A program made the translations under genes and the position numbers. Below are positions 8,694 through 17,403 of a stretch of 64,000 bases of DNA, in pieces. Positions within the stretch are counted from its first letter, which is position 1; every line of letters starts with the position of its first letter. The DNA is from a virus. Below the pieces are notes generated by a model. That model was not told the DNA's origin and made no database searches. It saw nothing but the letters and a program-made list of their open reading frames with translations. Location of the stretch: IMG/VR virus record IMGVR_UViG_3300036766_002288, positions 1 through 64,000 of that record; one strand, written 5' to 3'.

Positions 8694-8897
8694 ATGTTAA
8701 GTTGGAATAAATTTGTTGAATCTAAGATGAAAGATTTAGAAGATAAAGAAGAGAAACTTGGTAAGGACTTAGATGGGGATAATGAAGAAGGTGAATCCAA
8801 AGAACACAAGAAGAAGGTTTTTGGGAAAATCTTCGGGAAAGAAAAAGTCGCTCCTGATGAAAAAGAACAGGAAGAAGACGACGAAGAAGAAGAGTAA
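8694..8897 (+). CDS. small acidic putative virion-internal protein
   Basis: GGAGG RBS; MLSWNKFVE start; highly charged. Confidence 0.6.
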   Translation: MLSWNKFVESKMKDLEDKEEKLGKDLDGDNEEGESKEHKKKVFGKIFGKEKVAPDEKEQEEDDEEEE

Positions 8898-8918
8898 TTT
8901 CATAAGTCCATACATATC

Positions 8919-8983
8919 AGCAGGTTAAAAACAATGGCGTTTATTCTATTTTTTGGAATAAACGCCATTGTTTTTAACCTGCT
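8919..8983. repeat. perfect 28-bp inverted repeat with 9-nt loop
   Basis: AGCAGGTTAAAAACAATGGCGTTTATTC / GAATAAACGCCATTGTTTTTAACCTGCT. Confidence 0.95.
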
Positions 8984-9060
8984 TAATAACAAAATGCTTA
9001 CTACACATACGATGTAATAAGCATTTTGTTAATTAGAAAGGCTATCATTCATTCAATTCA

Positions 9061-9435
9061 TTAAGTATTTGCTATGATAGAAGAAGAACCATCGTTCTCA
9101 AGAGAACCCCAAATGCCCTTCTTGACTAATTCCCAGCAAACATCGTCAGCAGCTGCACCCGTGATGTGGAAAGAACTTGCTGTGAAGGCTCCAACATAAG
9201 GATAAGTTGCGTGCGTTCCCTGTAAAAATGCGCAATATAGAGTCGCGCCACCTGGAAGAATTGGATAATAGACAGTAGCGTGACCGCTAGCGTCTAAAAT
9301 AACGTCTCCGCAAGCTACTACTCTTGGGCCAATCAAACGATGGACACCAAGGGACATACGTTCGGAACCTTTATTACCAGCACCATAATTATCGGCTGCG
9401 CCTGTTCCGACGCCTGTTACTGAAGTTGCACCCAT
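9061..9435 (-). CDS. putative virion structural protein (Gly/Ala/Thr-rich)
   Basis: GGAGG RBS, MGATSVTGVGTG start, TATAAATA upstream. Confidence 0.55.
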   Translation of the reverse strand: MGATSVTGVGTGAADNYGAGNKGSERMSLGVHRLIGPRVVACGDVILDASGHATVYYPILPGGATLYCAFLQGTHATYPYVGAFTASSFHITGAAADDVCWELVKKGIWGSLENDGSSSIIANT

Positions 9436-9470
9436 ATAGAAATACCTCCATTGTAAAATTATTTCTACCA

Positions 9471-9478
9471 TATTTATA
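9471..9478 (-). promoter_or_regulatory. T4-like late promoter TATAAATA
   Basis: exact T4 late consensus about 35 nt upstream of the 9435 start. Confidence 0.55.
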
Positions 9479-9547
9479 TATCACATAAATTTTTTATAAG
9501 TAGATTGGTAAAATTTAATATATATACAATATACAAGGAGGGTAAAT

Positions 9548-10123
9548 ATGACCTATTATGATAATCCAAGCGTAGTTGACTGGCACCGCCAAATAATTAT
9601 GGGGACTGTTTTAGGCGGTTCCTCCTTAGTAAAGCCTAAAAAAGGCAAGAATTGTTACCTTTTCATGAGGTCCGCCAACAAGAGATGGTTAGAGTATAAG
9701 GCTTATGAATTAAGCATTCTAGCTTCGCAAAGACCTTTTACTAAGGAAGGCAATACCATAAGATGGCATTCTAACTGCTATCCGATTTTCACCAATTATT
9801 ATGAAGTGTTCTACGATGAGAACAAAAAATCAGTAAAAATGGATATTTTGGATTCATTGCGTGATATTGGATTGGCTATCTGGTATGTCGATTGTGGCAA
9901 ACTAACTAAAAATAGAATAATCTTAAATACTAATAAGTTCGGTGAAGAAGGTACAGAAATAATAGCCAAATATTTTCAAGAAGTGGGAGTTGGGGAGACT
10001 AATTTGATAAGAGAAAGAAAGTATGTGAGGCTTCAATTTTCCTCAGAGGCTACGACCAAGTTTTTGCTAATTGTTGCGAATCGTATTCCAGATTTCATGC
10101 ACAGTAAGCTATTGCCAAAATAA
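9548..10123 (+). CDS. free-standing double-motif LAGLIDADG-family protein with degenerate catalytic residues
   Basis: QIIMGTVLGGSSL and GLAIWYVDCG correspond to the LGDG and WYxDDG motifs. Confidence 0.75.
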   Translation: MTYYDNPSVVDWHRQIIMGTVLGGSSLVKPKKGKNCYLFMRSANKRWLEYKAYELSILASQRPFTKEGNTIRWHSNCYPIFTNYYEVFYDENKKSVKMDILDSLRDIGLAIWYVDCGKLTKNRIILNTNKFGEEGTEIIAKYFQEVGVGETNLIRERKYVRLQFSSEATTKFLLIVANRIPDFMHSKLLPK

Positions 10124-10145
10124 TTTTCATTGTTACAATTGGGAC

Positions 10146-10532
10146 ATGTTCTCACTCAACATCGAACAGTCCAAAGCACTGGAAGTCGGAATTGACGTTC
10201 ATAAGCTACCTGCTGGAACGACAGTTCTGGTAATAACCAAAAACAATCTGTACAAACTGGTTAAAGCGGCAGAAAGGAAGCATGTTATTGCCCAAGGTGG
10301 CAAATATTTGCTTGAGCCAACTGAAGTAGTTTTTACTGGCTCCACCTTTGGTGGGTCAATGCTCAAAATAGGTTGGATTGGTTATGGCATGTTGATGGAG
10401 ATGTTTCTTTTAGACCAAAACAAAAGAATCAAAACTTCTCCAGTGAACGCTGCAAGAGTCATTGGTGATGGTTGGGAGTATGATCTAGATTGGGCGAATA
10501 TGGGAACGGCAAAGGTAATACGGGAAACTTAA
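10146..10532 (+). CDS. hypothetical protein (beta-rich)
   Basis: ORF; start set to ATG 10146. Confidence 0.6.
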   Translation: MFSLNIEQSKALEVGIDVHKLPAGTTVLVITKNNLYKLVKAAERKHVIAQGGKYLLEPTEVVFTGSTFGGSMLKIGWIGYGMLMEMFLLDQNKRIKTSPVNAARVIGDGWEYDLDWANMGTAKVIRET

Positions 10533-10555
10533 TTGCTTCCCGTATTACTCAAATT

Positions 10556-10951
10556 TCAAGGCAATGTATAAACACCACGTTCGGTATTCTTAATAGCCCC
10601 TTCAGCTACGAGCCGACCCAGAGCGACCCCTGGATTAGTATTTCTGCCTAGCCCTAAAAGGAATTTTCTGATTTCCCTTGGACGGGCAGGCCCGTTCTTT
10701 TCTAAAAATTCACGAATTAGCTGTGGGACAGTAAGTTCTTTTCTAGCAAATGTAGGGACTACATTACACTGTTTCTGAATTTGTTGTAGGGTTTCAGTCA
10801 TTTTACTTTGAAGTTGGCGTTTTCGTTCTTGCCAGAGATTAGATTGTTCCTGACAATGATTGATTTCGGAAACAAAGTCCTGCATGATCGTTTCCAGTTT
10901 TATTGAAAACTTACTAGGTTCATTTGCTGTTGTTTCCTGAATGGTTTCCAT
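10556..10951 (-). CDS. coiled-coil plus winged-helix DNA-binding protein
   Basis: C-terminal IREFLEKNGPARPREI...LGRLVAEGAIKNTERGVYTL; GGAG RBS. Confidence 0.7.
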   Translation of the reverse strand: METIQETTANEPSKFSIKLETIMQDFVSEINHCQEQSNLWQERKRQLQSKMTETLQQIQKQCNVVPTFARKELTVPQLIREFLEKNGPARPREIRKFLLGLGRNTNPGVALGRLVAEGAIKNTERGVYTLP

Positions 10952-10996
10952 GAAATACTCCCAAAAAAACGTGATACAGTTCTAAGACACAATTGA

Positions 10997-11024
10997 TTAA
11001 TACCACGAAGTTTCACATTGTCAA
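10997..11024 (-). promoter_or_regulatory. sigma70-like early promoter
   Basis: TTGACA-16nt-TATTAA on the minus strand upstream of 10951. Confidence 0.55.
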
Positions 11025-11057
11025 GTAATTTTACCTACTGACGGGTAAATACTCTTG

Positions 11058-11273
11058 ATGCTTACATTTCAAGAATTTATGAAACTAAAAGAAGAGAATG
11101 GGTTATTCTCACAAGGCCAGGAAACTGGAAACACTAAAAAAAATAAAAAAGACCCCAATCTTGTTCGTGGCGGTGCTAGTGGATTCACAGGCAGCGGCAG
11201 TAGTGGACAAGGGATGTATACAGGTTCAGGCCCAGGTTTAGGTGGAATGCAACCAGTTCGTATGAAAAAATAA
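11058..11273 (+). CDS. small Gly-rich putative virion-internal protein
   Basis: MLTFQEFMKLKEE start; GGTAAATA upstream. Confidence 0.6.
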   Translation: MLTFQEFMKLKEENGLFSQGQETGNTKKNKKDPNLVRGGASGFTGSGSSGQGMYTGSGPGLGGMQPVRMKK

Positions 11274-11280
11274 AATCTTC

Positions 11281-11308
11281 TTGACAAAATATATTGAAAT
11301 ACTATAAT
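11281..11308 (+). promoter_or_regulatory. consensus sigma70 early promoter
   Basis: TTGACA-16nt-TATAAT. Confidence 0.75.
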
Positions 11309-11375
11309 AGATAGTGTTGATGGCAATAGGGCCATCGCAAGTTGCAGCAATTCGGCTGCGAAGAAGGAGAATGTT

Positions 11376-12275
11376 ATGACAATTCAAGAAATGTATGATA
11401 CTGCGCTCGCAGTCATCAAAGAACACAATTCTATCGTTGGTGAAGGTCACTCGGGTTATATCAATCAGGATAAATTCTTAGTAAATGTCAAAGCAAGTGG
11501 CGGCACTACGTTGGATAGGTTAAAAGCCCTATCTTACGAGGATATCCTGGCGTGTATGCCAGTTATAGTTGGCCTAGAAGCAGTAAAGCCAATTGCTATC
11601 GCCAAAGATATCGCCAAAATCTTCCGTGGTAAAGAAGAAACTAAGATTGAAGATATGAACCACCACAAAGTCTTTTCCGCTAAGAAAGCGGATAAAATGA
11701 CTTTACTAGAATTAGTTCAAAATTATGATCCAGAAGAAGACAATGCGGTTTCTAAGAGACTTAAGGACATATCTCGCAATGAACCGTTTATCGTGTTCTC
11801 ATCGGGCAGAACAGTGAATGTTGACCTTACTTTGAAACTCTTGCAGGAAGTCAAGCAAGGCTACGAAGGTCGCAAATCTACAGATGTGAACGGTGAGCCA
11901 CAGGAAGTTTACACCATTGGTAGTTTGCCTGACAATTTTGTAGAAGAAAACCCATTATATCGTAATCGTCCATTACGTCCAGATGGCACCTGTGACCAAA
12001 CTGGCCGCTCATGGAATGGCGTCCCTACGAATGTTCGACAACTCATTCGTCTAGCGATAGAGACTAATGAACTTGAAGTATCCATTGATAAGGCCAACGA
12101 TGTATTGGACTTAGTAATGGCTGATGAACCTTGGAAAAAATTAGTTTCAAGGTACCGTAAAGCCGCGATTGAGTTCAAGAAATTGGATGGAATGGGTAAG
12201 TTACCATTGCTTAAGTTAGTTTTAAGTAAAGGGGGCTGCGAAAGCAAAAACCCTTTTCAGCAGGCAAGAAAGTAG
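11376..12275 (+). CDS. hypothetical early protein
   Basis: 299-aa ORF, AAGGAG RBS, consensus promoter upstream. Confidence 0.7.
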   Translation: MTIQEMYDTALAVIKEHNSIVGEGHSGYINQDKFLVNVKASGGTTLDRLKALSYEDILACMPVIVGLEAVKPIAIAKDIAKIFRGKEETKIEDMNHHKVFSAKKADKMTLLELVQNYDPEEDNAVSKRLKDISRNEPFIVFSSGRTVNVDLTLKLLQEVKQGYEGRKSTDVNGEPQEVYTIGSLPDNFVEENPLYRNRPLRPDGTCDQTGRSWNGVPTNVRQLIRLAIETNELEVSIDKANDVLDLVMADEPWKKLVSRYRKAAIEFKKLDGMGKLPLLKLVLSKGGCESKNPFQQARK

Positions 12276-12381
12276 AAGTTAAAGGGATACAAATAAGAAG
12301 TGTATCAGGTCATTCACTTCAAATGAATGATTACGACAGATATTGGAATAAAGGACAGTAAAGATAAACTTAAGAGTGCAG

Positions 12382-12410
12382 GAAATTCCTGCACTCTTTT
12401 CTCAATTTAA
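12382..12410 (+). terminator. intrinsic terminator
   Basis: AAGAGTGCAGG-aaatt-CCTGCACTCTT followed by TT. Confidence 0.7.
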
Positions 12411-12423
12411 AAAAGGAAAAATA

Positions 12424-13335
12424 ATGAAACCAATTACACATGTAGCAATGATATTGGACCAGTCAGGTTCAATGTGTGACACACGGTCTGCCGCTGTAAA
12501 GAACTACAATGAGCAGATACAACAAGCAAAATTAAATTCTAAGGAACAAGATATATTCTGTTCTCTAGTCACCTTCAACGGTGAAGTTTTTGAACACGTA
12601 TGGGCCGAATCACCTGAAAAGATGAATGAAGCCAATGAAGCAGATTATGTAACTGAAGGTGCTACCGCTATGCGTGACGCAATTGGCTACACTGTTAAAA
12701 GGCTATTAGAAACCACTGATAGCAAGAATGAAAACGTATCTTATTTGGTCGTTATCATATCTGATGGCGAAGAAAATTCTTCTAAACATTTCAAGGCTTT
12801 GAACGAATATGATATTCGTGCAGGCAAAACTGATGAGCTTAAGGCTTTACTACAAGAAGTGCAAGCAACAAAAAGATGGACCTTCACATACATGGGTTGC
12901 GATGAACGTTATATCAAGAAGGTTTCGGAGGAAACTTCCATTCCACTTGCTAATTGTGCAGCGTGGAGTAACGCAACCCCAGCAATGGCTGCTCGCGGCT
13001 TGCACCATAATAGGAACAAACTAAATGAATTTTACGCTTGTAGGTCTAGTGGAGAGTCGGGGTCGGCTAATGTATACTCCCCAGATTCTCTGAAGTGTGC
13101 TGATTTCACAGAAGATATAATTGATTCAGCTTTGCCTGATGCCATTAAACTAACAGTGCCACCAGGAGGTCCAACAGCTATTAATTTAACTGGTCTTTGG
13201 GCACCACCCAACGTCCTTAATGGGCCAAATACTTTTGGTATAGTAGATTCGGTGAATCCTATTAACGTGGTTGCTACGAACACAGGTTCTGCAACACCTT
13301 TCTCTAATCGTTCTCCAGTAAGTTGGAAACAATAA
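12424..13335 (+). CDS. von Willebrand factor A domain protein
   Basis: MIDAS motif ILDQSGSM, T in GATAMRDAIG, D in IISDGEENSS. Confidence 0.88.
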   Translation: MKPITHVAMILDQSGSMCDTRSAAVKNYNEQIQQAKLNSKEQDIFCSLVTFNGEVFEHVWAESPEKMNEANEADYVTEGATAMRDAIGYTVKRLLETTDSKNENVSYLVVIISDGEENSSKHFKALNEYDIRAGKTDELKALLQEVQATKRWTFTYMGCDERYIKKVSEETSIPLANCAAWSNATPAMAARGLHHNRNKLNEFYACRSSGESGSANVYSPDSLKCADFTEDIIDSALPDAIKLTVPPGGPTAINLTGLWAPPNVLNGPNTFGIVDSVNPINVVATNTGSATPFSNRSPVSWKQ

Positions 13336-13344
13336 GCTGACGCT

Positions 13345-13377
13345 AATAAAGGCCACTAACAGTGGCCTTTATTTTTT
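13345..13377. terminator. bidirectional intrinsic terminator
   Basis: AATAAAGGCCACT-aac-AGTGGCCTTTATT between convergent genes. Confidence 0.8.
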
Positions 13378-14136
13378 CACTTCATATTCTCTCAACTTCA
13401 AATAGTAAAAGGGCAATTTTGGCAATTCTTTATTTGTCCATGCAAAGTCTAAATTATTGTTATTGTCTTTGCTCCATACTTTAAATCGTTCTACTGGAAT
13501 TGCGTATGAAATGCCAAAAACGGGTGTATTCTTATATGAGCGAATAGATACCATAATAGCGATTAATTTGTACTCATGAAACAATGGAGACCCAGAATCT
13601 CCTGGTACTGTATGCACTGAAGTTCGAATGAATTGTTTTAATATGTTCTTTTTATATTGTGTTACTTTGCCATAGTCCAATCTTGGTTCATCTCCTAAAC
13701 CACAGCCAATTCTAAAAACTTCATTTCCAATAAATAGTTTTGGCTCAAAATCAATTTTGGCAACAGGCATTTCTTCTTCTGAGTAGAACATTCCAATTGA
13801 TAAGTCCAAGTCTCTGTTAACTCCATAAAAAAACGCTGGATAGATTTTGGTCTCTTTAATGTCCGACCAATTTTCATATACAACTTGTTTTACTTCATAA
13901 TCAAAATAATTTGGAGATTCCAAATGGGCACAACTCATAAAGACATTTTTGTATGTTTTATCATCGACTTTATCACTTCTGACTATGACCCCACTGCCAT
14001 AACTAGTCTTATCCGAACGACCAACATAAATGGTTGGATACAAGCATTTATGATGAAGTTCTTTGTCTGGCGTGCCAGCAAACGAAGATGTGAAGAATAG
14101 AAAAAGAGCAAATGAAGAGATTAGGAAATTTTTCAT
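13369..14136 (-). CDS. exported trypsin-like serine protease
   Basis: signal peptide; SCAH (His), DLSI (Asp), PGDSGSPL (Ser); TATAAATA at 14141-14148. Confidence 0.85.
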   Translation of the reverse strand: MKNFLISSFALFLFFTSSFAGTPDKELHHKCLYPTIYVGRSDKTSYGSGVIVRSDKVDDKTYKNVFMSCAHLESPNYFDYEVKQVVYENWSDIKETKIYPAFFYGVNRDLDLSIGMFYSEEEMPVAKIDFEPKLFIGNEVFRIGCGLGDEPRLDYGKVTQYKKNILKQFIRTSVHTVPGDSGSPLFHEYKLIAIMVSIRSYKNTPVFGISYAIPVERFKVWSKDNNNNLDFAWTNKELPKLPFYYLKLREYEVKK

Positions 14137-14186
14137 ACTTTATTTATATAATTTTTAAGTGAATCTGGCTAGATTAAATTAATAAT

Positions 14187-14414
14187 ATGGCAAAAAACCC
14201 TTGTTACATATATTGGGATGACACCTCCGTAGCCGAGGAGGAGCGTAGGATATACATCCTGTGCGAACTTTGTTTCAATAAAACCAAAAAAGGCTTTAGG
14301 TGGCCTTCCAAAATGTTAAACGGCAAAAATATCATAAAATGCACTTCATGTGACACTATAATATACGAGAAGACAAAGAAAAAAAAGAATAATGAGCCAA
14401 AAAATAAAGATTAG
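14187..14414 (+). CDS. zinc-ribbon protein
   Basis: CELC and CTSC pairs. Confidence 0.6.
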   Translation: MAKNPCYIYWDDTSVAEEERRIYILCELCFNKTKKGFRWPSKMLNGKNIIKCTSCDTIIYEKTKKKKNNEPKNKD

Positions 14415-15198
14415 GCCACCATTCAAATGCCACGGTGGGAAATTTTATCTTAACCAGTGGATTATTGAGCAATTTCCAAAAGAATATGAGTCGATGAGCT
14501 ACATCGAACCTTTCTGTGGCGGGGCAAACGTCCTATTGCATAAAACACCATCAAAGGAAGAACTTATTAATGATCTGGACAGTAGCATAGCGATTATTAT
14601 GCGTATCCTAAGAGATCAAGTCGAAGATTTTGTCAAAAACATCAAAAAGGTAAAATACAAAGAAGAAACTTTCAAAGCAGCTTTAGATAAAACAGAGTTT
14701 GATGACGAGATGGATAAAGCCATCAATGAATTTATATTGAGAAGGATGAGTAGGGGTGGCATGAAAAAGGCTTTTGCTTGGTCTAAAAGACTAAGGGGCA
14801 ATCAGCCTGGAGACCTAAATGCCTGGAAAACAATAATATCTCAATTGCCTAAAATCAGCGAGAGACTTCAAAATGTTTTTATTATAAATCGCTCAGCAAT
14901 GGAAGTACTAAAAATCTTTGATAACGTTAATGTTTTGGCTTATATTGACCCGCCATATCTTCCAGAAACAAGGGAATCTCCTCAAGTATATGACTTTGAG
15001 ATGAATATAGAGGGTCATATGGAATTAGCAGAAGTCCTTAACAATTTTAAAGGTAAAGTATTAATAAGTGCTTATCCTTCACGTCTATACAACAGGCTTT
15101 ATAAAGGCTGGACTTGCGAAAGTAAGAAAATAGTCAATCATTCATCTCAGCAAAAAATAAAACCAACTAAAGTGGAACTATTGTGGCGAAACTTCTAA
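14392..15198 (+). CDS. dam: Dam-like DNA adenine methyltransferase
   Basis: GGKFYL, IEPFCGGANV, ELINDLD, YIDPPY. Confidence 0.92.
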   Translation: MSQKIKIRPPFKCHGGKFYLNQWIIEQFPKEYESMSYIEPFCGGANVLLHKTPSKEELINDLDSSIAIIMRILRDQVEDFVKNIKKVKYKEETFKAALDKTEFDDEMDKAINEFILRRMSRGGMKKAFAWSKRLRGNQPGDLNAWKTIISQLPKISERLQNVFIINRSAMEVLKIFDNVNVLAYIDPPYLPETRESPQVYDFEMNIEGHMELAEVLNNFKGKVLISAYPSRLYNRLYKGWTCESKKIVNHSSQQKIKPTKVELLWRNF

Positions 15199-15228
15199 TG
15201 AATTTGTTAACTCACTAGAAGTAAATCG

Positions 15229-16260
15229 CTATAGGCTATCCACAATTGTCTTGGCTTTTTCATCAAGTAGCTCTTTGAGTTTCCCGTGAAAATATTTGCC
15301 ATAATCAAAAGATTTTGGAGACCTTAGTGGCTCAGCCTTACAATATACAGGGTCAGAAGCGATGGGAGAAACAGATTTTGGAGGCTCCGATGGGCAAATC
15401 CGAGCATGGTTTTTGGCCTTCATGTCGCGGAATTTTTCACTATTTTTTAGTAAATTACTAATCTCCAAACCAATGCTAGAAATATATTTCTCAATATTTG
15501 GATGATTAATACGAGCAAAACTCATGGTTTGATTCTTTTTCCTCTGAACAGGAAGGTTGCCATAAGGCGCACTTTCCTCTTTATACACGGAGAATAACTT
15601 TCCAATTTCTTCATCACTACGCTTTAATAGACTTACAAATTCATTAGTTATTTTCACTTCACCACGGTTAACTCGAACAAAAAATCCCATGTTATTCAAC
15701 AATGAAATGGATATTGTTATAAAAGATTTTTCAAAAGACAAATGTTTACATAATTCCTCTATTGCGGCGGTTTTAAATATCTCATTTATGTTCGTATTTT
15801 TAAGGCTACGAACAAACTTTGTAAATTTAATTGCTTCATTCATTTTTTTATCTCCTGTTAATTTCGTGTGTAACTTTTTAATAGCCTTTTTTATGCTATC
15901 GCCATGCTTGTGTCGATGACAGCCACGATGTATTGCTTCTAAATTACTTAGTTTGAGGTCAAAGTAATGACCTCTACCATTATCTTTATGATGGAGGTCG
16001 AATCTTTCATGTAGTGGCTTCCTGCATATTTCGCAGGTATCAGATTGAAGGTCGTTTACAAAATGTCTAGCAAATGCCCACTTCTCACTTTTGTAGCGAT
16101 AATCCTCTCTTATTTCCGCGTTCTTAGCTCGGGGGTCTCCACGCTTAATATCATCCCAAGGTTCAGGAGGAAGTCCAGCTAAAACCTCGTCTAAAATTGC
16201 TTGATTATTCCCCTGGTAATTACTAATTGCCTTCTCTAGTAATTCTTCAATATCCATCAT
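15229..16260 (-). CDS. HNH endonuclease domain protein
   Basis: CEIC...DLHHKD...NLEAIHRGCHRHKH; TTGATC-17-TATCAT promoter upstream. Confidence 0.75.
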   Translation of the reverse strand: MMDIEELLEKAISNYQGNNQAILDEVLAGLPPEPWDDIKRGDPRAKNAEIREDYRYKSEKWAFARHFVNDLQSDTCEICRKPLHERFDLHHKDNGRGHYFDLKLSNLEAIHRGCHRHKHGDSIKKAIKKLHTKLTGDKKMNEAIKFTKFVRSLKNTNINEIFKTAAIEELCKHLSFEKSFITISISLLNNMGFFVRVNRGEVKITNEFVSLLKRSDEEIGKLFSVYKEESAPYGNLPVQRKKNQTMSFARINHPNIEKYISSIGLEISNLLKNSEKFRDMKAKNHARICPSEPPKSVSPIASDPVYCKAEPLRSPKSFDYGKYFHGKLKELLDEKAKTIVDSL

Positions 16261-16335
16261 TCAAACATGATAGTGTAATACCTCTGAAAGATCAATAGGA
16301 ATTCGCAAAAAATTTTGATTTCATCTAGATAATAC

Positions 16336-16620
16336 ATGGATTTCAGGAAGTTTTGTGAAGAAGAGTGGGGCGGTGCTGGATTTATAGGCACCGCAGACAC
16401 GATCTTAAACACACCAGATTATTGGCCTAACAGTCGATATTTAGGTCCAGGCGACAATAAGGAAAAAGACAATATGCCTAAAGTGAACAAGTTGTTCACT
16501 GGTAAAACTGGTAATAAAAAGAAATATATGGGCAAGGATGGAGACGAATTAAGCAAAGTGGAAAAATTATTCAAACTTGCACCGACTTATGTGATTAAAA
16601 ACATGAAGAAAAAGGATTGA
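16336..16620 (+). CDS. putative virion-internal protein
   Basis: MDFRKFCEEE start. Confidence 0.55.
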   Translation: MDFRKFCEEEWGGAGFIGTADTILNTPDYWPNSRYLGPGDNKEKDNMPKVNKLFTGKTGNKKKYMGKDGDELSKVEKLFKLAPTYVIKNMKKKD

Positions 16621-16648
16621 TAGGATAAATATAATAGGAGGTTAGTAT

Positions 16649-16939
16649 ATGAATAATCCAACATGGCCGATCTACACGTTTAAGGTTAATTTGATCGACC
16701 CACGAAGAAATTCTTGGTCTTTGCCTAATAATACACAACCAGAAGGCAATGAAACCGTTTCAGAAGCAAGTGTAATCCCAACTACTTTCACAGGTTGGTT
16801 GGCGCAAATGCTTCCAGGGTTTGAGTTTATAACTCTACACCAGGATGGTACATTCACAGCTTACGGTCAACAGGCAGCGTATTTAAAGAAGACTTACGTT
16901 CTTGCGGACGGAACTGGCGCACTATCAATAGTGAGTTAA
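16649..16939 (+). CDS. hypothetical late protein
   Basis: GATAAATA at 16624 and GGAGG RBS. Confidence 0.6.
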   Translation: MNNPTWPIYTFKVNLIDPRRNSWSLPNNTQPEGNETVSEASVIPTTFTGWLAQMLPGFEFITLHQDGTFTAYGQQAAYLKKTYVLADGTGALSIVS

Positions 16940-16942
16940 ATT

Positions 16943-17230
16943 ATGAGATTTTTAGAAGCTTGGGACAGAGTGCAGGGATTCGTCGAGAATGACGATACTG
17001 CACTCTCGGCTATTACTACTGGACAAAATGTCGCTAGCGACTTTTGGGATAATTTCATAATGGTATGCAATAACAAAGAAGGCGTAGCTGCGCTTCTAGG
17101 TGTTTCGCCAGATAAAGTTGCAACATGGCCGACGATGATTAAAGAAAAATTAGACCAAGCAGAACCAGAAGATTCAGACCCAACTAAAACTAGTCTAATC
17201 CACACTGGCGACCATGAAGGAGAAGTTTGA
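16943..17230 (+). CDS. acidic hypothetical protein
   Basis: ORF co-transcribed with neighbours. Confidence 0.6.
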   Translation: MRFLEAWDRVQGFVENDDTALSAITTGQNVASDFWDNFIMVCNNKEGVAALLGVSPDKVATWPTMIKEKLDQAEPEDSDPTKTSLIHTGDHEGEV

Positions 17231-17403
17231 AAAGTCTGAGTTACAAACAATGGAAAGAGGCATTAGGTGGAGTCGGTGAGCCAAGCCAACCGCCAATTAA
17301 CCCAAATGAACCTTCCCGAAATCCCAATGCAATGTTTACAAACCGTCCATTAGACATAAGAGCAAAAATGCAAAAACTTAAAATAAATAAGCCAATGCAA
17401 TGA
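17227..17403 (+). CDS. small putative virion-internal protein (58 aa, not in track)
   Basis: TTG start after GGAG, overlapping the upstream stop; MKSLSYKQWKEALGG...; stop overlaps next ATG. Confidence 0.5.
   Translation: MKSLSYKQWKEALGGVGEPSQPPINPNEPSRNPNAMFTNRPLDIRAKMQKLKINKPMQ

Noticed and set aside
9548-10123. Group I intron around the LAGLIDADG ORF
   Set aside because: The flanking genes appear complete and uninterrupted, and no intron core was seen.
14392-15198. Restriction-modification system made of Dam plus the adjacent HNH
   Set aside because: The genes are convergent and separately promoted; an orphan methyltransferase plus an independent homing endonuclease is more parsimonious.
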